A stretch of 63,794 nt of DNA, filler included, from an uncultured Methanoregulaceae archaeon (GTDB lineage Archaea; Halobacteriota; Methanomicrobia; Methanomicrobiales; Methanospirillaceae): the NCBI GenBank assembly GCA_964530035.1. It is 3 parts of 3 records of this genome, joined end to end, with 100 filler letters (N's around TTAATTAATTAA, not from the genome) between each part and the next. Parts side by side here need not be neighbours in the genome. Positions count along the whole stretch, not along the records: positions 1 to 21,447 come from CAZGXZ010000020.1; positions 21,548 to 42,633 come from CAZGXZ010000021.1; 1 more part is not named here. One strand, 5' to 3'. The position numbers and the translations under genes are program-made. This document shows, piece after piece, positions 20,043-32,085 of the stretch. The notes beneath the pieces were generated by a model. It saw only the letters and a program-made list of their open reading frames with translations. It was not told the DNA's origin and made no database searches. The number at the start of each line of letters is the position of its first letter. Positions within the stretch are counted from its first letter, which is position 1.

Positions 20043-20681
20043 GTGACCACCATCAACAGGATATACGATATCACCAGGAAGCTCTTTGAGCGGATACCCG
20101 ATGTCCCGGGTCTGTTCGTTCCTTCATGTACCACGGAAGATCGGGGGAATTATCTTGTATCGGATATCCATATCTGCAGTCATGCCGGGACCCATGTCGA
20201 TGCCCCGGTCCACTATTTAAAGGTGGGCCAGACGATCGATGAGGTCCCGCTTGATTCGCTCGTCGGACCGGTGCAGGTAATCGACCTCACCAGTGCCCCG
20301 GATCGTATCACCGCACAACTCCTTCAGGCAAGAATGGAACTTGAAGGACCCAGGAGAATCCTCATCAAGACACGGTTTTCATGGGTAAACGAATATAACC
20401 AAACCTTTCCTTGCCTGGAACCGGGTGCGGCCGACCTGCTGGTATCACGGGGATATCTGTGTGTAGGGATCGACAGCCCGTCGATAGAAGCGATTGCATG
20501 TGATGGGTATGTTCATAGGAGACTCCTCGGCAACGGGTGTCTTATCATCGAGCTGCTCGACCTGAGCAGGGTCAGCCCGGGGCGCTACCAGCTCGTTGCT
20601 TTACCACTTCCTATAAGTGGCTGCGATGGCTCACCCGCCCGGGTGATCCTGATGGAAAATAATGCAGAGGCCTCACAATAA
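20043..20681 (+). CDS. Cyclase/kynurenine formamidase family metal hydrolase
   Basis: HAGTHVDAPVH, GIDSPS, IIELL, DGSPARV. Confidence 0.9.
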   Translation: MTTINRIYDITRKLFERIPDVPGLFVPSCTTEDRGNYLVSDIHICSHAGTHVDAPVHYLKVGQTIDEVPLDSLVGPVQVIDLTSAPDRITAQLLQARMELEGPRRILIKTRFSWVNEYNQTFPCLEPGAADLLVSRGYLCVGIDSPSIEAIACDGYVHRRLLGNGCLIIELLDLSRVSPGRYQLVALPLPISGCDGSPARVILMENNAEASQ

Positions 20682-20756
20682 ATAAACCGTTTGACAAGGG
20701 ACCTTTCTGCTTTCCCAATACCCGGACTGCTGAAGAGATGTAATAGAAAAGAGGGG

Positions 20757-21143
20757 TTATGCCTTTCCAAACCACTGCTTAACATTCGCCTGGAACAAGT
20801 ACCACAGGATTACGGCATTTATCAGGATCCCAATGATTACCGAGACGATGCCTGCGGTGCCGGTCATTGCGAGAGAGGCTATCTGCATTATGATACCAAG
20901 AATCGCAAAGATAACGGCGAGTGTCCATACCCAGCCCCATCCCTTGAAGCACCCGATACCGAGGATTATATAAACAATCCCGATGATTGCCAGGATACCC
21001 CCAATAATAAGACCAACAATACCGAGTCCCAGCACACTCATCGCGAGTCCGCCTATACCTCCCCCTATAAGGGCGATAATACCCCCGATGATGAAAAGTA
21101 TCCCGATAATCGTTACGCCGAGAGGCCTGTCACCTTGAGCCAT
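20757..21143 (-). CDS. Small 4-TM membrane protein
   Basis: RPLGVTII start, Gly/Ile-rich helices, YL…VKQWF end. Confidence 0.8.
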   Translation of the reverse strand: MAQGDRPLGVTIIGILFIIGGIIALIGGGIGGLAMSVLGLGIVGLIIGGILAIIGIVYIILGIGCFKGWGWVWTLAVIFAILGIIMQIASLAMTGTAGIVSVIIGILINAVILWYLFQANVKQWFGKA

Positions 21144-21447
21144 ATATTCTGGTTCAGATTGAAAAATTTAAGTCTTCCGCTTCATCCCAGGTTGAACCCT
21201 GTATTTTTCCCGGGTCTGAACAATTGGAATGGCCATAATGAGAAACAAGTCCCCGAATGACGAGTCCTGATTGCTTTTTTCTGGATCTCCCGGAGTGTTC
21301 CTGAAAAGAAAAACGGATTCCTTGTTTTCAGGACTTCACTGTCAGGACAGTATCGTAGATCGAACCACCCGGGATCCTGGCAGGAAATAAATATAGGACT
21401 TACGCAGTTCACCGAAAGATCCTTAGCCTATAAAAGCGATTACTGAT

Positions 21448-21547
21448 NNNNNNNNNNNNNNNNNNNNNNNNNNNNNNNNNNNNNNNNNNNNTTAATTAAT
21501 TAANNNNNNNNNNNNNNNNNNNNNNNNNNNNNNNNNNNNNNNNNNNN
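21448..21547. other. Artificial contig linker
   Basis: 44 N + TTAATTAATTAA (stops in all six frames) + 44 N. Confidence 0.97.
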
Positions 21548-21548
21548 A

Positions 21549-22706
21549 AGGAATCCCTTTTCAGGTATTGGCGGAGGTAAAGACAGGAAAAAGCGGAATG
21601 AGACGGAAAACGCTGAGGAACCGGTTGTCGGGAATATCTCCGGCAACGGGAAGACGTCCCAGCCGGCGGCGAACACACCGTCCGTTCCGGCAGGCAAGCC
21701 TGAGAAACGGAGCTGGTTTTCAAAAAAAACTCCGGAGGCACCGGCGCAGGGTGTCCAGGAGGAACAAAAGATATTCGAACGGATTGATGCCGCCCACCGC
21801 AACCGCACCGGGTTCGGCAGGATCCTGAAGCATCCGTTCCGGACACTCACTGAAAAACCTATTAATATCCTTATTGTGACAGTCCCCCTTGCTGTGTTCA
21901 TCCTTCTGGGAGGACTCATATCACTTTTTCTTACATACGGACCGAGTGTCCTCTTCAAGACAACCCTTGTAGACGACCTCGTGGTTATTGCCGTTGTCAT
22001 TATTTGTGGGCCCCTCGCATTTCTTGACTTTCAGGAGTCCCGACGTATCTCAAGCATAGAAAAAGCACTGCCCAACTTTTTCCGGGACCTTGCAGGAATG
22101 AACGATAGCGGGATGACCCTGACAAATGCCGTTCACCTTATATCCCAGAGTGAATACGGTGCGCTGACACCGCATATCAAAAAACTCGATGATGAGATCT
22201 CATGGAATATCCCGTTCATCGATGCTATCTACAAGTTCGGGTACCGTCTCGGCAGCCCGCTTGCCGAAAGAAGCGTTGATCTTATTGCGAAGGCAAGCAA
22301 GGCCGGGGGTGATGTGGCCGAAGTACTCCGTGCTGCCGCGAATGATACGTATGAGTTCGTCATTCTTAAAACGGAACGCAAGAACAATATGCTTATCTAT
22401 GTCATTATCGTCCTTGCCTCGTTCTTTGTTTTCCTTTTCGTCATTTTCATACTTGTTTCGTCATTCCTGACAACAATGGCCAATGTCGGTGCCTCGGCAG
22501 CCGCGACCGGTTCCTCGGGTGCCAAGTTCGGGGCACAGATAGACCTGTTCATGTATACCCGCCTTTTTTCTCATGCGGCAATGATCCAGGGTTTCTTTTC
22601 AGGGCTTACAGCAGGTCAGATGGGAGAGGGCAGGGCAATCGCCGGGCTCAAATACGCCACTATGATGCTTCTCGTCGCATGGATCTCGTTCCGGTTTTTT
22701 ATATGA
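21549..22706 (+). CDS. Type II secretion F / TadC-FlaJ family pilus platform protein (5' truncated)
   Basis: LPNFFRDLA…SGMTL, YGAL, AGGDV, QGFFSGL.AGQMGEG; frame open back to the contig edge. Confidence 0.9.
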   Translation, partial: RNPFSGIGGGKDRKKRNETENAEEPVVGNISGNGKTSQPAANTPSVPAGKPEKRSWFSKKTPEAPAQGVQEEQKIFERIDAAHRNRTGFGRILKHPFRTLTEKPINILIVTVPLAVFILLGGLISLFLTYGPSVLFKTTLVDDLVVIAVVIICGPLAFLDFQESRRISSIEKALPNFFRDLAGMNDSGMTLTNAVHLISQSEYGALTPHIKKLDDEISWNIPFIDAIYKFGYRLGSPLAERSVDLIAKASKAGGDVAEVLRAAANDTYEFVILKTERKNNMLIYVIIVLASFFVFLFVIFILVSSFLTTMANVGASAAATGSSGAKFGAQIDLFMYTRLFSHAAMIQGFFSGLTAGQMGEGRAIAGLKYATMMLLVAWISFRFFI

Positions 22707-22786
22707 CCGCGGTATGCCCTGTCTGGCGAACCCCCTGCCCTGCAGGGAACAGGCAGTTTCCTCAAACACCCGGGAGGTGAAGAACG

Positions 22787-24733
22787 GTGAACCAGTCCCC
22801 AGCCGAGCATCGTGGCGGGCCTGTTGAAAAGCAGGGGAAATCAGTGGAAACGGAACGTTCTGCGCTCCTACCCCGGGAAGCTGCAGCCGGGGGTGTGATG
22901 TACGACGAGGAAATCAGCCGTTTGAAAAAGCGTGAACGCTCTCTTACGGCAATATTCTCGTATCTCCCGGTACCTCTCAGCCTTCAGGGAGCGGATGGCC
23001 GCTTTATACTTGTTAATCCTGCATTCTGTGGTCTCATCGGGAGGAAGACGGATGAAATCATCGGAAAAACCTCCTGGGAGATACTGTCCGGGAAAGACGC
23101 TGCTGATGTGAAGAAGAGGTTTGTTCAAGCATGCCAGACCGGTCAGAGTCCGGCACCACGCGATGACCGGAGAGGGAGCATGCTGGGCCTTGAGATGACT
23201 GCCTTGAAAAATTCGTCAGGCACCATCGTTGCGGTCATTTCATACAGTTCCCCAGGCTCATTCACATCAACCGGATCTGCACTGGTTCAGGTCCTGCAGG
23301 ACATCACAGGGATGTCAGTCGTTCCGAAAGCACTGTATGACTCATCAGGCATGCTGATTGCCTCCCACCCTGATTTCTGGAAATATGTAACCGGAAAGGG
23401 ATTCGGGGCACATCTCCGGACCCTCCCCGGCTCATGGATGGATGCCCTTCGTTCGGCCGGGACAATGAAAAAATCCCTATTATTCCCCCAGCCATCATCC
23501 GGGGATGAGGCTCTCAATGTACCCTCCACAGGAGCAGGTCAAGGCCGGGGTATAAGCCTTGTACCGGTAAAGCTCCCGGGAGGCGATGAAGTACTGGCGA
23601 TCATCGCGGAATGCCCTGTGGAAAAAATCCCTGGGCCAATGACGATAGCTGACATGGTCCTGGCCCCGGTTCCTGATACGATCGGCCGGGAACAGGAGCC
23701 TGACCTCGTAATGGACGATAGATTTCATGATGCCTCCCTTTATAATGCCATCCTCGAGACCCACCCCGGTATTGTCCTCCTGTTATCCCTGGAAGGTCGG
23801 ATAACCGATTACTCGGGTGGGGTTCTGACACCGGTGCTCATGAGGAGGGAGGAACTGAAAGGAACGCAAGTGATTGATCTGATCGCCCCGGGTTCACGCA
23901 GTTCATTTACAGACCTGCTCGAACGTGTTGCACGGGGATCACCACGGGAGGAAGCCATCTGCACATTCGGGGGACCGGGTGAGGAACGAGTGTTCAGGGT
24001 GGTCTGTACGTCTACAGGCAGGGACACCCTCGTATGCACATTAAGTGACCTCACCCATGAGCGCGAGGTTGAATCAAAGGCCATTCGTTGTCATGATCTC
24101 GTATCGCTCGACCTCAGTGCCTGGATATCCGAAGCCCTGCGTGATACGGCACGGGCGTACCCCCGTATCGCACCTGAAATGTCAGGTCATTTCAGGCAGA
24201 TTATCGATCATATACGTCGTTGTGTTGATGTGGCCAGGGCATTTTCAGCATCAGAAAAAATTGCCTCCCGTCCGTCAGGTTTCCGTTCCATCCCGGTTGA
24301 CAGGATCATCAGGGCAGAGGTGGCAAATTTTCCCGATCTTTCGATCCGCTATAAAGAATCGCGTGCTGCAGTTATCGGTGACGATTCGCTTTCAGACGTC
24401 ATCTGGTTTATCCTTGCAAACGCCGCGCGCTATGCCGGTCCGAGTGCCAGGATCATTATCGAGGTTCTTGAAACCAGGAACCTTGTAGAGATCCGGATTA
24501 CCGATACCGGCCCCGGGATCCCCCGTGAACTAGTGGAGGAGCTGCTTTCACCCCGTTCAATGTCGGATGTCCATGGTCTTCTCCGCGGTCTTCCCCTCTC
24601 CCGTGCCCTTGTCGAACGTATGGGCGGTATGATCCGGATACGTGAAAGGATATCAGGAGCTGGCCCACGTGGTACCGTGATAAGCATCTTCCTGAAAGAA
24701 GGGCCAAGTCCTGTCCGTTCCTTTCCCCTGTAA
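22787..24733 (+). CDS. PAS-domain histidine-kinase-like protein (degenerate)
   Basis: PAS domains and a HATPase with ILANAARY and DTGPGIP; H-box and G2 box atypical. Confidence 0.8.
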   Translation: MNQSPAEHRGGPVEKQGKSVETERSALLPREAAAGGVMYDEEISRLKKRERSLTAIFSYLPVPLSLQGADGRFILVNPAFCGLIGRKTDEIIGKTSWEILSGKDAADVKKRFVQACQTGQSPAPRDDRRGSMLGLEMTALKNSSGTIVAVISYSSPGSFTSTGSALVQVLQDITGMSVVPKALYDSSGMLIASHPDFWKYVTGKGFGAHLRTLPGSWMDALRSAGTMKKSLLFPQPSSGDEALNVPSTGAGQGRGISLVPVKLPGGDEVLAIIAECPVEKIPGPMTIADMVLAPVPDTIGREQEPDLVMDDRFHDASLYNAILETHPGIVLLLSLEGRITDYSGGVLTPVLMRREELKGTQVIDLIAPGSRSSFTDLLERVARGSPREEAICTFGGPGEERVFRVVCTSTGRDTLVCTLSDLTHEREVESKAIRCHDLVSLDLSAWISEALRDTARAYPRIAPEMSGHFRQIIDHIRRCVDVARAFSASEKIASRPSGFRSIPVDRIIRAEVANFPDLSIRYKESRAAVIGDDSLSDVIWFILANAARYAGPSARIIIEVLETRNLVEIRITDTGPGIPRELVEELLSPRSMSDVHGLLRGLPLSRALVERMGGMIRIRERISGAGPRGTVISIFLKEGPSPVRSFPL

Positions 24734-24740
24734 GGGAGGA

Positions 24741-26240
24741 TCATCCCTTTGTCATTAGTTCGTCCGGGACTGGAATGCCGAAATGGCGTGCAATCCCGAA
24801 CAACTCCTCCCTGATCCCGGCCTCGGCGAACATGACACAGCCTCCGTATAGCACCGTCCCTGCGATAACATACAAAAAGAGGATGAAAACAGATGAAACA
24901 GGAAATATTTGCATGAGGACAAGGAGCGCGCCAGCCATGATGAACGAAGCCCCTGCCATGACCATGAAAGGTCTCCTTTCAAGTGTGACCGGGATTACCT
25001 GCGTCAACCACAGCGCACCCAGGACGCCGGAGACAACTCCCCCTGCAAGGACCCCGATAGCGGCACCCTGGATTCCTGAAATTGGGATGGCAAACCAACA
25101 GACCCCTGCCGTGGCAATGGCACCGGCAGCCCCGGCATAGAAAGCCTCCTTTGGACGATCAACGGCAGAGAGGGCGATGAGAAGGATTGATGGCAGCACT
25201 GATGCCAGCTGGGCCACGAGGAGCACGGAAAGGGCTGGTACAGCCGGCAAAAATGCCTCACCGTACAGAAAGTAGACGATACTTCCTCCCAGGACAAGTC
25301 CCCCGGCACATGCGGGAAGGGCAAGGAGAAATGAGTAGGTAAAAGACCGGCCAAGCAGTGTTGTAATGGCCTTTGTTTCCTTCAGGGCGAAATACTGGCT
25401 TATCCTGGGAAACAGGACGGTTCTTACCGCTATGCAGGCGAACAGTACCATTGAGGAAAACTGGAGGGCCGTCCTGTAGAACCCCACGCTTTCAACAGTG
25501 AGGAAATAACCGACAAGAGCCGTATCAAGCTGCCCGGAGGCAATACCGACAAGTCCTCCAAGAAAGGCCCAGGACGCGTACCTTGCTAGACCTTCGATGT
25601 GTTCCCTGCCGAACCGTGACGGTCTTACTGGAAGGAACCTCATGTTGACCGCGACACCGGCTGCAATTCCTGCAAAAAAGCCGCCTATAAGGCCTGCGAC
25701 CGAGTAGCCGAGCAGGACGGCGACCACCTGGACCAGGAGCCGCAGGAGGGTGTTGGCCAGGTCGGCCGTTTGAGCAACCCCTACCGAACCATGCCCGTAT
25801 ACCGCGGTTGAAACAATTCCGGATGCCCCGACTACAGCAACTGCTGCAAGGAGCGGGATGAAGAGGCCCGCTGCAGAGACATCTATGAAAAGGGGTTGTA
25901 AGAATGTGAGGAACAGGAGAAAAATACCCAGTAAGACCAGCTTTAGGACCAGATATGCTCCAAACCATGACCCCGGATCCTTCCCCTCACTGATCCGTTT
26001 AGCACATGCGCCGGATATCCCGGCGTCGGACAGGGTAGTAAGAAGGCCTGCCCATGTGATAAACAGAAAATACGCACCAAGCGGCCCTGGTCCGATGGTA
26101 TGGGCAAATATGACCGTCGCGATGTACCCGGACAGGGTCACGATCACCGACGAGCCAAAGGAGATGAGACTTTGCCGGCGCACCGGGGAAAGTCCCATCA
26201 ATACCGCCATGAACCTGGTCGGGCTTGTGATTACTGCCAT
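24741..26240 (-). CDS. MOP-superfamily flippase (polysaccharide biosynthesis)
   Basis: About 14 TM, LGAYFLF, DTALVGYF…VGFY, LFPRIS. Confidence 0.88.
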   Translation of the reverse strand: MAVITSPTRFMAVLMGLSPVRRQSLISFGSSVIVTLSGYIATVIFAHTIGPGPLGAYFLFITWAGLLTTLSDAGISGACAKRISEGKDPGSWFGAYLVLKLVLLGIFLLFLTFLQPLFIDVSAAGLFIPLLAAVAVVGASGIVSTAVYGHGSVGVAQTADLANTLLRLLVQVVAVLLGYSVAGLIGGFFAGIAAGVAVNMRFLPVRPSRFGREHIEGLARYASWAFLGGLVGIASGQLDTALVGYFLTVESVGFYRTALQFSSMVLFACIAVRTVLFPRISQYFALKETKAITTLLGRSFTYSFLLALPACAGGLVLGGSIVYFLYGEAFLPAVPALSVLLVAQLASVLPSILLIALSAVDRPKEAFYAGAAGAIATAGVCWFAIPISGIQGAAIGVLAGGVVSGVLGALWLTQVIPVTLERRPFMVMAGASFIMAGALLVLMQIFPVSSVFILFLYVIAGTVLYGGCVMFAEAGIREELFGIARHFGIPVPDELMTKG

Positions 26241-26291
26241 GATTCTTTCCAGTTACCACGGAAGGTCAGAAATTGCTGAATAGGTTCATCG

Positions 26292-27392
26292 TCAGCGGAG
26301 GATGCCGAGGTCGGTAAGTCGTGCAGGCAGGTATTCCTTGGTGACGAAATCGAGGCCCCGGGCCGCAAAGGCCTGTTGTTCGGACTTAAGGTTCATCGTG
26401 AGCTGGAGGTTAATCTGGTCACGCCAGTAATCACCTGCGAAACGAGGGTCGGAGAGTTCCGATCTCAATGCCGCAATGTCTTTTTCATTCAGGTGGTCCG
26501 AAGGAAGGTTGTAGTCGCGGATGTCACTCGGCTGGACCCCGATAAACCTGGCTTGTGGGGTTGCAAGGAGCTCGGAGATATGGGCGCTTTTAATGGCGCC
26601 ATAGGCCACAGAGGCATAAATCCGGTATGACCACGGGTCCCCGTCGGTGAAGACGGTTACCGGCAGGCCGAATGTTTCATGGATCCGGTTCAGGATCCTC
26701 CTGGTTGAACGTGCAGGCTGGCCCTTAAGGTGGATGAGGACGGCATTGTAATCCTCATCGAATCCGTTTTCAATCAGACGGGCGTACATACCTCCGGTTT
26801 CGATGGCGACAACAAACCGTGCGCCTGTTGAGACCAGGTCGACCTTCTCCACATTCGTGGGTATCTGGTATCCCGCCTCCCCGACATCATCCCTGCAGTT
26901 CATGGTGCGGAGCCACCTCCGCGTCGACTCACGAAGGGTGATATCGCCGAATATTGTGGCACCATCTTCTTCCGGACGGAGGTGAAACGCCTCCCTCTGG
27001 ATATCTGTCAGGATCTCAAGGTCTTCGATAAGAAAATTGCTCTCGTCCTGGGCTGAGAACTTGCCCTTCTTCCAGCCCTCCGAGATATAATACAACTCTC
27101 TCAGGGTCGATGAACGGTTTTCCTGTATCTGCTTCTTGATGAACCATATCACGTAGGCCATTTTTAGAAGGTGCAGGGCACTCTTCTCAGTCCCGGCAGC
27201 CCTCAGGCTTTCTCGCTCGCCGTACTTCCATACTTCATGCTCGCTGTCAAGGACGATGTTCTGTTTTGTCCGGGTAGGAAGTGTGATTGAAGGGACGTCA
27301 CCTGCACTGATCTGGTCATACCACCGCTTTGCTATGTCATATAACCGTTTCGATGCCCTTTGTTCGAGGTCTGTTTCAGACATCGAGGTCAA
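26292..27392 (-). CDS. top6A: DNA topoisomerase VI subunit A
   Basis: [26 protein letters not shown]. Confidence 0.97.
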   Translation of the reverse strand: MTSMSETDLEQRASKRLYDIAKRWYDQISAGDVPSITLPTRTKQNIVLDSEHEVWKYGERESLRAAGTEKSALHLLKMAYVIWFIKKQIQENRSSTLRELYYISEGWKKGKFSAQDESNFLIEDLEILTDIQREAFHLRPEEDGATIFGDITLRESTRRWLRTMNCRDDVGEAGYQIPTNVEKVDLVSTGARFVVAIETGGMYARLIENGFDEDYNAVLIHLKGQPARSTRRILNRIHETFGLPVTVFTDGDPWSYRIYASVAYGAIKSAHISELLATPQARFIGVQPSDIRDYNLPSDHLNEKDIAALRSELSDPRFAGDYWRDQINLQLTMNLKSEQQAFAARGLDFVTKEYLPARLTDLGILR

Positions 27393-29178
27393 TCACCACC
27401 TTTTTTCTTTCATCAATCCCCCTGACATCCAGTGATCCCCCGGCATTTCCCGAGAAGGTAACAGTGAACCGTGAACCAGGTGTAATTGGCACCTGCCAGA
27501 CCTTCGTAAACTCCCCGGAAAACTCTTCAACGAAATCCGGCTTGGGAATCGCATCATCTGCGCGGTCTGGCGAGGTCAGGTAGACCGTTATGACGCCCTT
27601 GTCGTTCGAGTGGTTACTGACCTCCAGTATGACCTTTCCATTCCTGCCAGATTTTTTTACGATACATTTTTTCATGATGCGTCCTTCAATCGGCGAGGTG
27701 TCAGGGACGGGAAGTTCCACAATCTCCGCTACTTTCTCTGCAATATCCGGAATAACAGCGCACACTGCCCTTGCACGGTCTTCAATAAGCCGGTTCCTGT
27801 CACGCCTTGAAAGAAAGGTTTTAACATCCCTGCCAAGCTCCTGGAGGGCGAGGACAATATCCCGCTCTATCTCCGGTATCGATGCGATTGCATCCTTGCT
27901 TTCGCTGGTAAACGGTACATTGGTTGATGCGACGTGGACGAGGATCAGGATCGGACCGATAGGAAGTCCCTGCTGGGAGAGGCCATAGGATTTCCAGTTC
28001 ACCGATGTCACACATGAGGTAATGGCGCAGGCTCCTGGCTGGTATATCAGCGGGACCCGGTTGGCGAACCTGACCACCTGTGCTGGTCCTTCGGGGTCAA
28101 GCCTGCCGCCGTATGCAAAAGCCGCCTCAACAAGGAAGGGATGGCCTGAATATACTCCTGCAGGGCGGGTACGGGCTGCAATGAAATCGAGCTGCATCTC
28201 TTTTTCAAGTCCTTTCCTGATCAGGTCCTCTCCGATGGGAGAGAGGCACTGGGATGCAGGCGGAGCAGGAATGCTCACCGTCTGCATTGCAGTGATGAGG
28301 CTTTTCAGATCGCCCGGGGAAAGGACTGAAACCTGCTTTTCTGTGTCTATTCCAGCACTATGGCAAATCTCGCGGGCTGTTTTTTTTCCGACGCGCGAGA
28401 AATTGTTGATGAGGAACAGTTCACAGGACTCATCTGATGAAGATGTCATCCGGCGGAGTTGCCCGATCTCGATCCCATGTGGATGCGGCTTTATTGCTAC
28501 CGGGCTTTGGATCGGGTCATCGCTCACCCGTTCAAAGGTAAGGCGCTCCTCCTCGATATCGACGAGGAGCCTTGCATGGGGATTGACAACCGAGGTGTAC
28601 CGGAGATAATCGACCAGCCTTTTTTTGGCAGCGAGTGTCCCTCGAAATTCTATCTCGACCCGTGTCCCATGGAGCCTGTCCCATGTTATCTCCTCGCGTT
28701 CAAGGATTTCAGGTTCATTAGACTCCGTTTTCACCTGTACCAGGAAACGGTAGGCAGGGAATGATGCCCCGATCCGTGAAATGATCATGGAGGGATGACC
28801 GACAGTGAGCTGTCCGTACAGGACCGCAGCTGAGATACCTATCCCCTGCTGTCCCCTGGTCTGTTTGATCTGGTGGAACCTTGACCCGTAGAGCAGTTTT
28901 CCAAAGACAAAAGGGACTTGTTCCGGAGTAATGCCCGGGCCGTTGTCCTCGATAGCGACCTTGAGTGTGTCAGCATCTGTCTTCCGGATGCTGATGTAAA
29001 TATCGGGAAGGATGGCCGCTTCTTCACATGCATCGAGTGAGTTGTCAACCGCCTCCTTGATCGTTGTTATTACGCCCCTGGTAGGTGAATCAAAGCCCAG
29101 GAGGTGCTTATTCTTTTCGAAAAACTCAGCAACGCTGATACTTCTCTGTTTCTTTGCAAGTTCTTCAGCGAGTGCCAC
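27376..29178 (-). CDS. top6B: DNA topoisomerase VI subunit B
   Basis: [37 protein letters not shown]. Confidence 0.97.
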   Translation of the reverse strand: MALAEELAKKQRSISVAEFFEKNKHLLGFDSPTRGVITTIKEAVDNSLDACEEAAILPDIYISIRKTDADTLKVAIEDNGPGITPEQVPFVFGKLLYGSRFHQIKQTRGQQGIGISAAVLYGQLTVGHPSMIISRIGASFPAYRFLVQVKTESNEPEILEREEITWDRLHGTRVEIEFRGTLAAKKRLVDYLRYTSVVNPHARLLVDIEEERLTFERVSDDPIQSPVAIKPHPHGIEIGQLRRMTSSSDESCELFLINNFSRVGKKTAREICHSAGIDTEKQVSVLSPGDLKSLITAMQTVSIPAPPASQCLSPIGEDLIRKGLEKEMQLDFIAARTRPAGVYSGHPFLVEAAFAYGGRLDPEGPAQVVRFANRVPLIYQPGACAITSCVTSVNWKSYGLSQQGLPIGPILILVHVASTNVPFTSESKDAIASIPEIERDIVLALQELGRDVKTFLSRRDRNRLIEDRARAVCAVIPDIAEKVAEIVELPVPDTSPIEGRIMKKCIVKKSGRNGKVILEVSNHSNDKGVITVYLTSPDRADDAIPKPDFVEEFSGEFTKVWQVPITPGSRFTVTFSGNAGGSLDVRGIDERKKVVIDLDV

Positions 29179-30394
29179 TGAATATCTCCCGGACCGCCTC
29201 ATCGAGCGACAGGGTCTGCTGAGTCCCGCGGGAGAGGTCCTTGATTGTAATACTCCTCTTTTGAGCCTCTTCCTGTCCTATAATCACCGCAAATGCCGCT
29301 GTTTTTGAAGCATGAGCCAGTTGGGCTGAAAGACTCCTGCCGGTCACGTCCATCTCAGTGACAACGCCTGCCCTGCGGAGCAGACGTGCGACTTCAGTTG
29401 CGAACAATCGTCCTGCGGGAGTGGATGCAACGACCACCCTCCTGGGGGATGATGGTTGACGGTCTCCGAGAGCGACCATGACCCGGTCAAAACCGATAGC
29501 AAACCCGCACGAGGGGGCATCATCACCTCCGAACAGGTGGGCGAGCCGGTACGACCCTCCGCCCAGAATCTGGTTCTCTGCGCCCAGACCTTCAGCAAAA
29601 GCCTCAAAAACGACCCCTGTATAGTAGTCAAGCCCCCTTGATATTGCCGGGTTCAGGGTGTAATCGATACCGGCCGCGTCGAGAAGCGAGCAGAGCTCAA
29701 CAAGGCGTTCGTTTTCAGGCATATCCCCGGTGACGGCAAAGATATCACTCAGTGTGTGCGCCTCGGAGAGTGCGGTTAGCTTGTCTTCAATTTCCCCATA
29801 ATCACCTTCAGAAAGGAACCGGCCCAGTCCCTCCATGTCCCGCTTGTCAAGGAGTGTCCTTACCCGTTTGCGGGATTCGTCAGGAAGAGGAGCAAGAATA
29901 TTGCGCATGAGGGCAAGATGGCCTACCTGGAGGTCAAACCGTATGCCCGTTGAGGACAAAAGGTCATGTGCAAGGAGGATGACCTCGGCATCGGCAGCAG
30001 CGGTATCAGCCCCGATAAGCTCCGCACCAAATTGCCAGAACTGTCTGTATCTGCCTTTTTGTGGACGTTCATACCTGAAACAGTCCCCAAAGTAGAACCA
30101 CCTGATTGGCTTTGGCCATACCCGTGCCTCGTTGACATAGAGGCGGAGGACGGCAGCCGTCATCTCGGGTCGTAAGGAGATCCAACGCCCTCCTTTGTCC
30201 TGGAAGGCGTACATCTCATTGATGATGCCCTCTCCAGACCGCAGGGTGAAGAGTTCAAGTTCCTCGAACTCAGGGGTGCATACCTCCCGATACCCGTATT
30301 GCCTGGCTTTCGTGCGCATGTCTCCCTCCACCGCACGACGTGCTTCCATCTCGTCCGGGAGAAAGTCCCGGGTTCCTCGTGGCCGTTGGATCAC
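29165..30394 (-). CDS. hisS: Histidine--tRNA ligase
   Basis: [39 protein letters not shown]. Confidence 0.97.
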   Translation of the reverse strand: MIQRPRGTRDFLPDEMEARRAVEGDMRTKARQYGYREVCTPEFEELELFTLRSGEGIINEMYAFQDKGGRWISLRPEMTAAVLRLYVNEARVWPKPIRWFYFGDCFRYERPQKGRYRQFWQFGAELIGADTAAADAEVILLAHDLLSSTGIRFDLQVGHLALMRNILAPLPDESRKRVRTLLDKRDMEGLGRFLSEGDYGEIEDKLTALSEAHTLSDIFAVTGDMPENERLVELCSLLDAAGIDYTLNPAISRGLDYYTGVVFEAFAEGLGAENQILGGGSYRLAHLFGGDDAPSCGFAIGFDRVMVALGDRQPSSPRRVVVASTPAGRLFATEVARLLRRAGVVTEMDVTGRSLSAQLAHASKTAAFAVIIGQEEAQKRSITIKDLSRGTQQTLSLDEAVREIFSGTR

Positions 30395-30720
30395 TGTTTT
30401 TTCTCCTTTTCATTGTTTTTAGGCAAGGGGGCCCTCCCAAGGGCACGGTCGGTCCAGTGGGCATTTCCCCAGTCGACCTTTCTGGGAGTCCTGCCCTGAA
30501 GATAGAGCGCAAGAAGGATTATCCCAAGGCCAAGGATCTCCAGTATCCCGTTTGCCGTGATAAAGAACCCAGTCATTACGATGATACTGTACAGTACGCC
30601 CATCCGCGCTGCCGACAGGTATGCCGCGTTTCCTGTCCTCACCGCTATGCGGATATCCCTCCCCCATAGGAAAAAGACCGCTAAACATCCGAATGCCGCC
30701 ACAGCGATGAGATAACTCAT
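30391..30720 (-). CDS. Small membrane protein of unknown function
   Basis: 3 TM; 4-bp overlap with hisS start. Confidence 0.75.
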   Translation of the reverse strand: MSYLIAVAAFGCLAVFFLWGRDIRIAVRTGNAAYLSAARMGVLYSIIVMTGFFITANGILEILGLGIILLALYLQGRTPRKVDWGNAHWTDRALGRAPLPKNNEKEKKQ

Positions 30721-30770
30721 TGATAGCAGTCGTACTTATTATCCCCGCATTCATATCTTACTTATTACCC

Positions 30771-31525
30771 ATGTCCACGTTCCGTCCGGTCCGCGAGATC
30801 CTGTCGGCATTTGCTCAGGGAGACATCCCAGTCGAGGAAGCTGTCCGGGAGATAGAAGGATTGAGGATTGAGGAGGTTGGCACCATTGCCAGGATTGATG
30901 CAGGGCGGAGTATCAGATGCGGTATACCAGAGGTCGTGCTTGGCGAAGGAAAGGACGTGGAACACCTTGCAGAGATCGCCCGGGCTTGTGTTAATCGGTC
31001 TGGAAGGGTTCTGATCACGAGGGTTTCAGCGGAAGCAAAGGCAGCACTTGAGGGAATAGCGACCATCGAAGGCTTTGCAGTTGTATGGAACAAGGACGCG
31101 AGGGCGATGACTCTGACCGGTAAGCAGTTCAGACAGGTCACTACGGGTGGGGTCATTGGGATCATCACAGCAGGTACTTCTGATATCAGGGTAGCTGAAG
31201 AGGCCAGGATTGTTGCTGAAGAGATGGGTTGCCGGGTCCTCACCGCATATGATGTAGGCGCCGCAGGAATTCATCGCCTGTTCCCTGCTCTNNNNNNNNN
31301 NCAGCCGGCAGGGAGGGGACACTCCCTGCTATCGTAGCAGGGCTGGTGGATCGGCCAGTTATCGGAGTTCCGGTGAGTACCGGCTATGGGTACATGGGCA
31401 TGGGAGAAGCTGCGCTTGCAAGTATGCTCCAGTCCTGTTCCGTGGTCGCCGTTGTTAACATCGATGCAGGTTTCACTGCAGGTGCGCTCGCAGCACGCAT
31501 CGCAAACATGGCGGTATCCGGATGA
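30771..31525 (+). CDS. larB: LarB/PurE-like nickel pincer cofactor biosynthesis protein (10-N gap at 31292-31301)
   Basis: [26 protein letters not shown]; after the gap AGREGTL…PVSTGYG…SMLQSC…VVNIDAGF. Confidence 0.9.
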
Positions 31526-32085
31526 CCCGGGCACTCTATATCGGCCGTTTTCAGCCGTATCATAACGGTCATCAGGCAGTCCTTTCATGGATTGCCACGC
31601 AATGTGACGAGATAGTCATCGGTGTGGGGAGCGCACAGCTTTCACATGAACCTGACAATCCCTTCTCCGCCGGAGAACGTGTCCTCATGATAACCCGGGC
31701 GCTTGAGTCCCTTGGTACGCCGATATATGTCATTCCCATAGAGGACATCATGAGAAATGCTCTCTGGGTCGCTCATGTCCGGTCGATGTCCCCTCCTTTC
31801 GACCGGGTATATTCTGGAAATCCTCTCGTGATGCGCCTGTTCAGCGAGGCAACAATAGATGTCGAGACACCTGCCCTCTATGAGCGCCAGATCCTTTCAG
31901 GGACAGAAATCCGGAGAAGGATGCTTGAAGAAGAGGATTGGAAGGAACTTGTCCCGCGAGCGGTAGTGGAGGTCATCCAGGAGATCGACGGTGTCGGCCG
32001 GCTGAGGCAGATTGCCAGGAGTGACTGCGACCCATCAGATTATGGAATACAAACAGAAAGGGAGAGGAACCATCATGGTTTTTAA
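31522..32085 (+). CDS. nadM: Nicotinamide-nucleotide adenylyltransferase
   Basis: [24 protein letters not shown]. Confidence 0.95.
   Translation: MTRALYIGRFQPYHNGHQAVLSWIATQCDEIVIGVGSAQLSHEPDNPFSAGERVLMITRALESLGTPIYVIPIEDIMRNALWVAHVRSMSPPFDRVYSGNPLVMRLFSEATIDVETPALYERQILSGTEIRRRMLEEEDWKELVPRAVVEVIQEIDGVGRLRQIARSDCDPSDYGIQTERERNHHGF

Noticed and set aside
21448..21547. TTAATTAATTAA palindrome within N runs (also at 42634-42733)
   Set aside because: Artificial six-frame-stop linker; gene adjacency across it has no biological meaning
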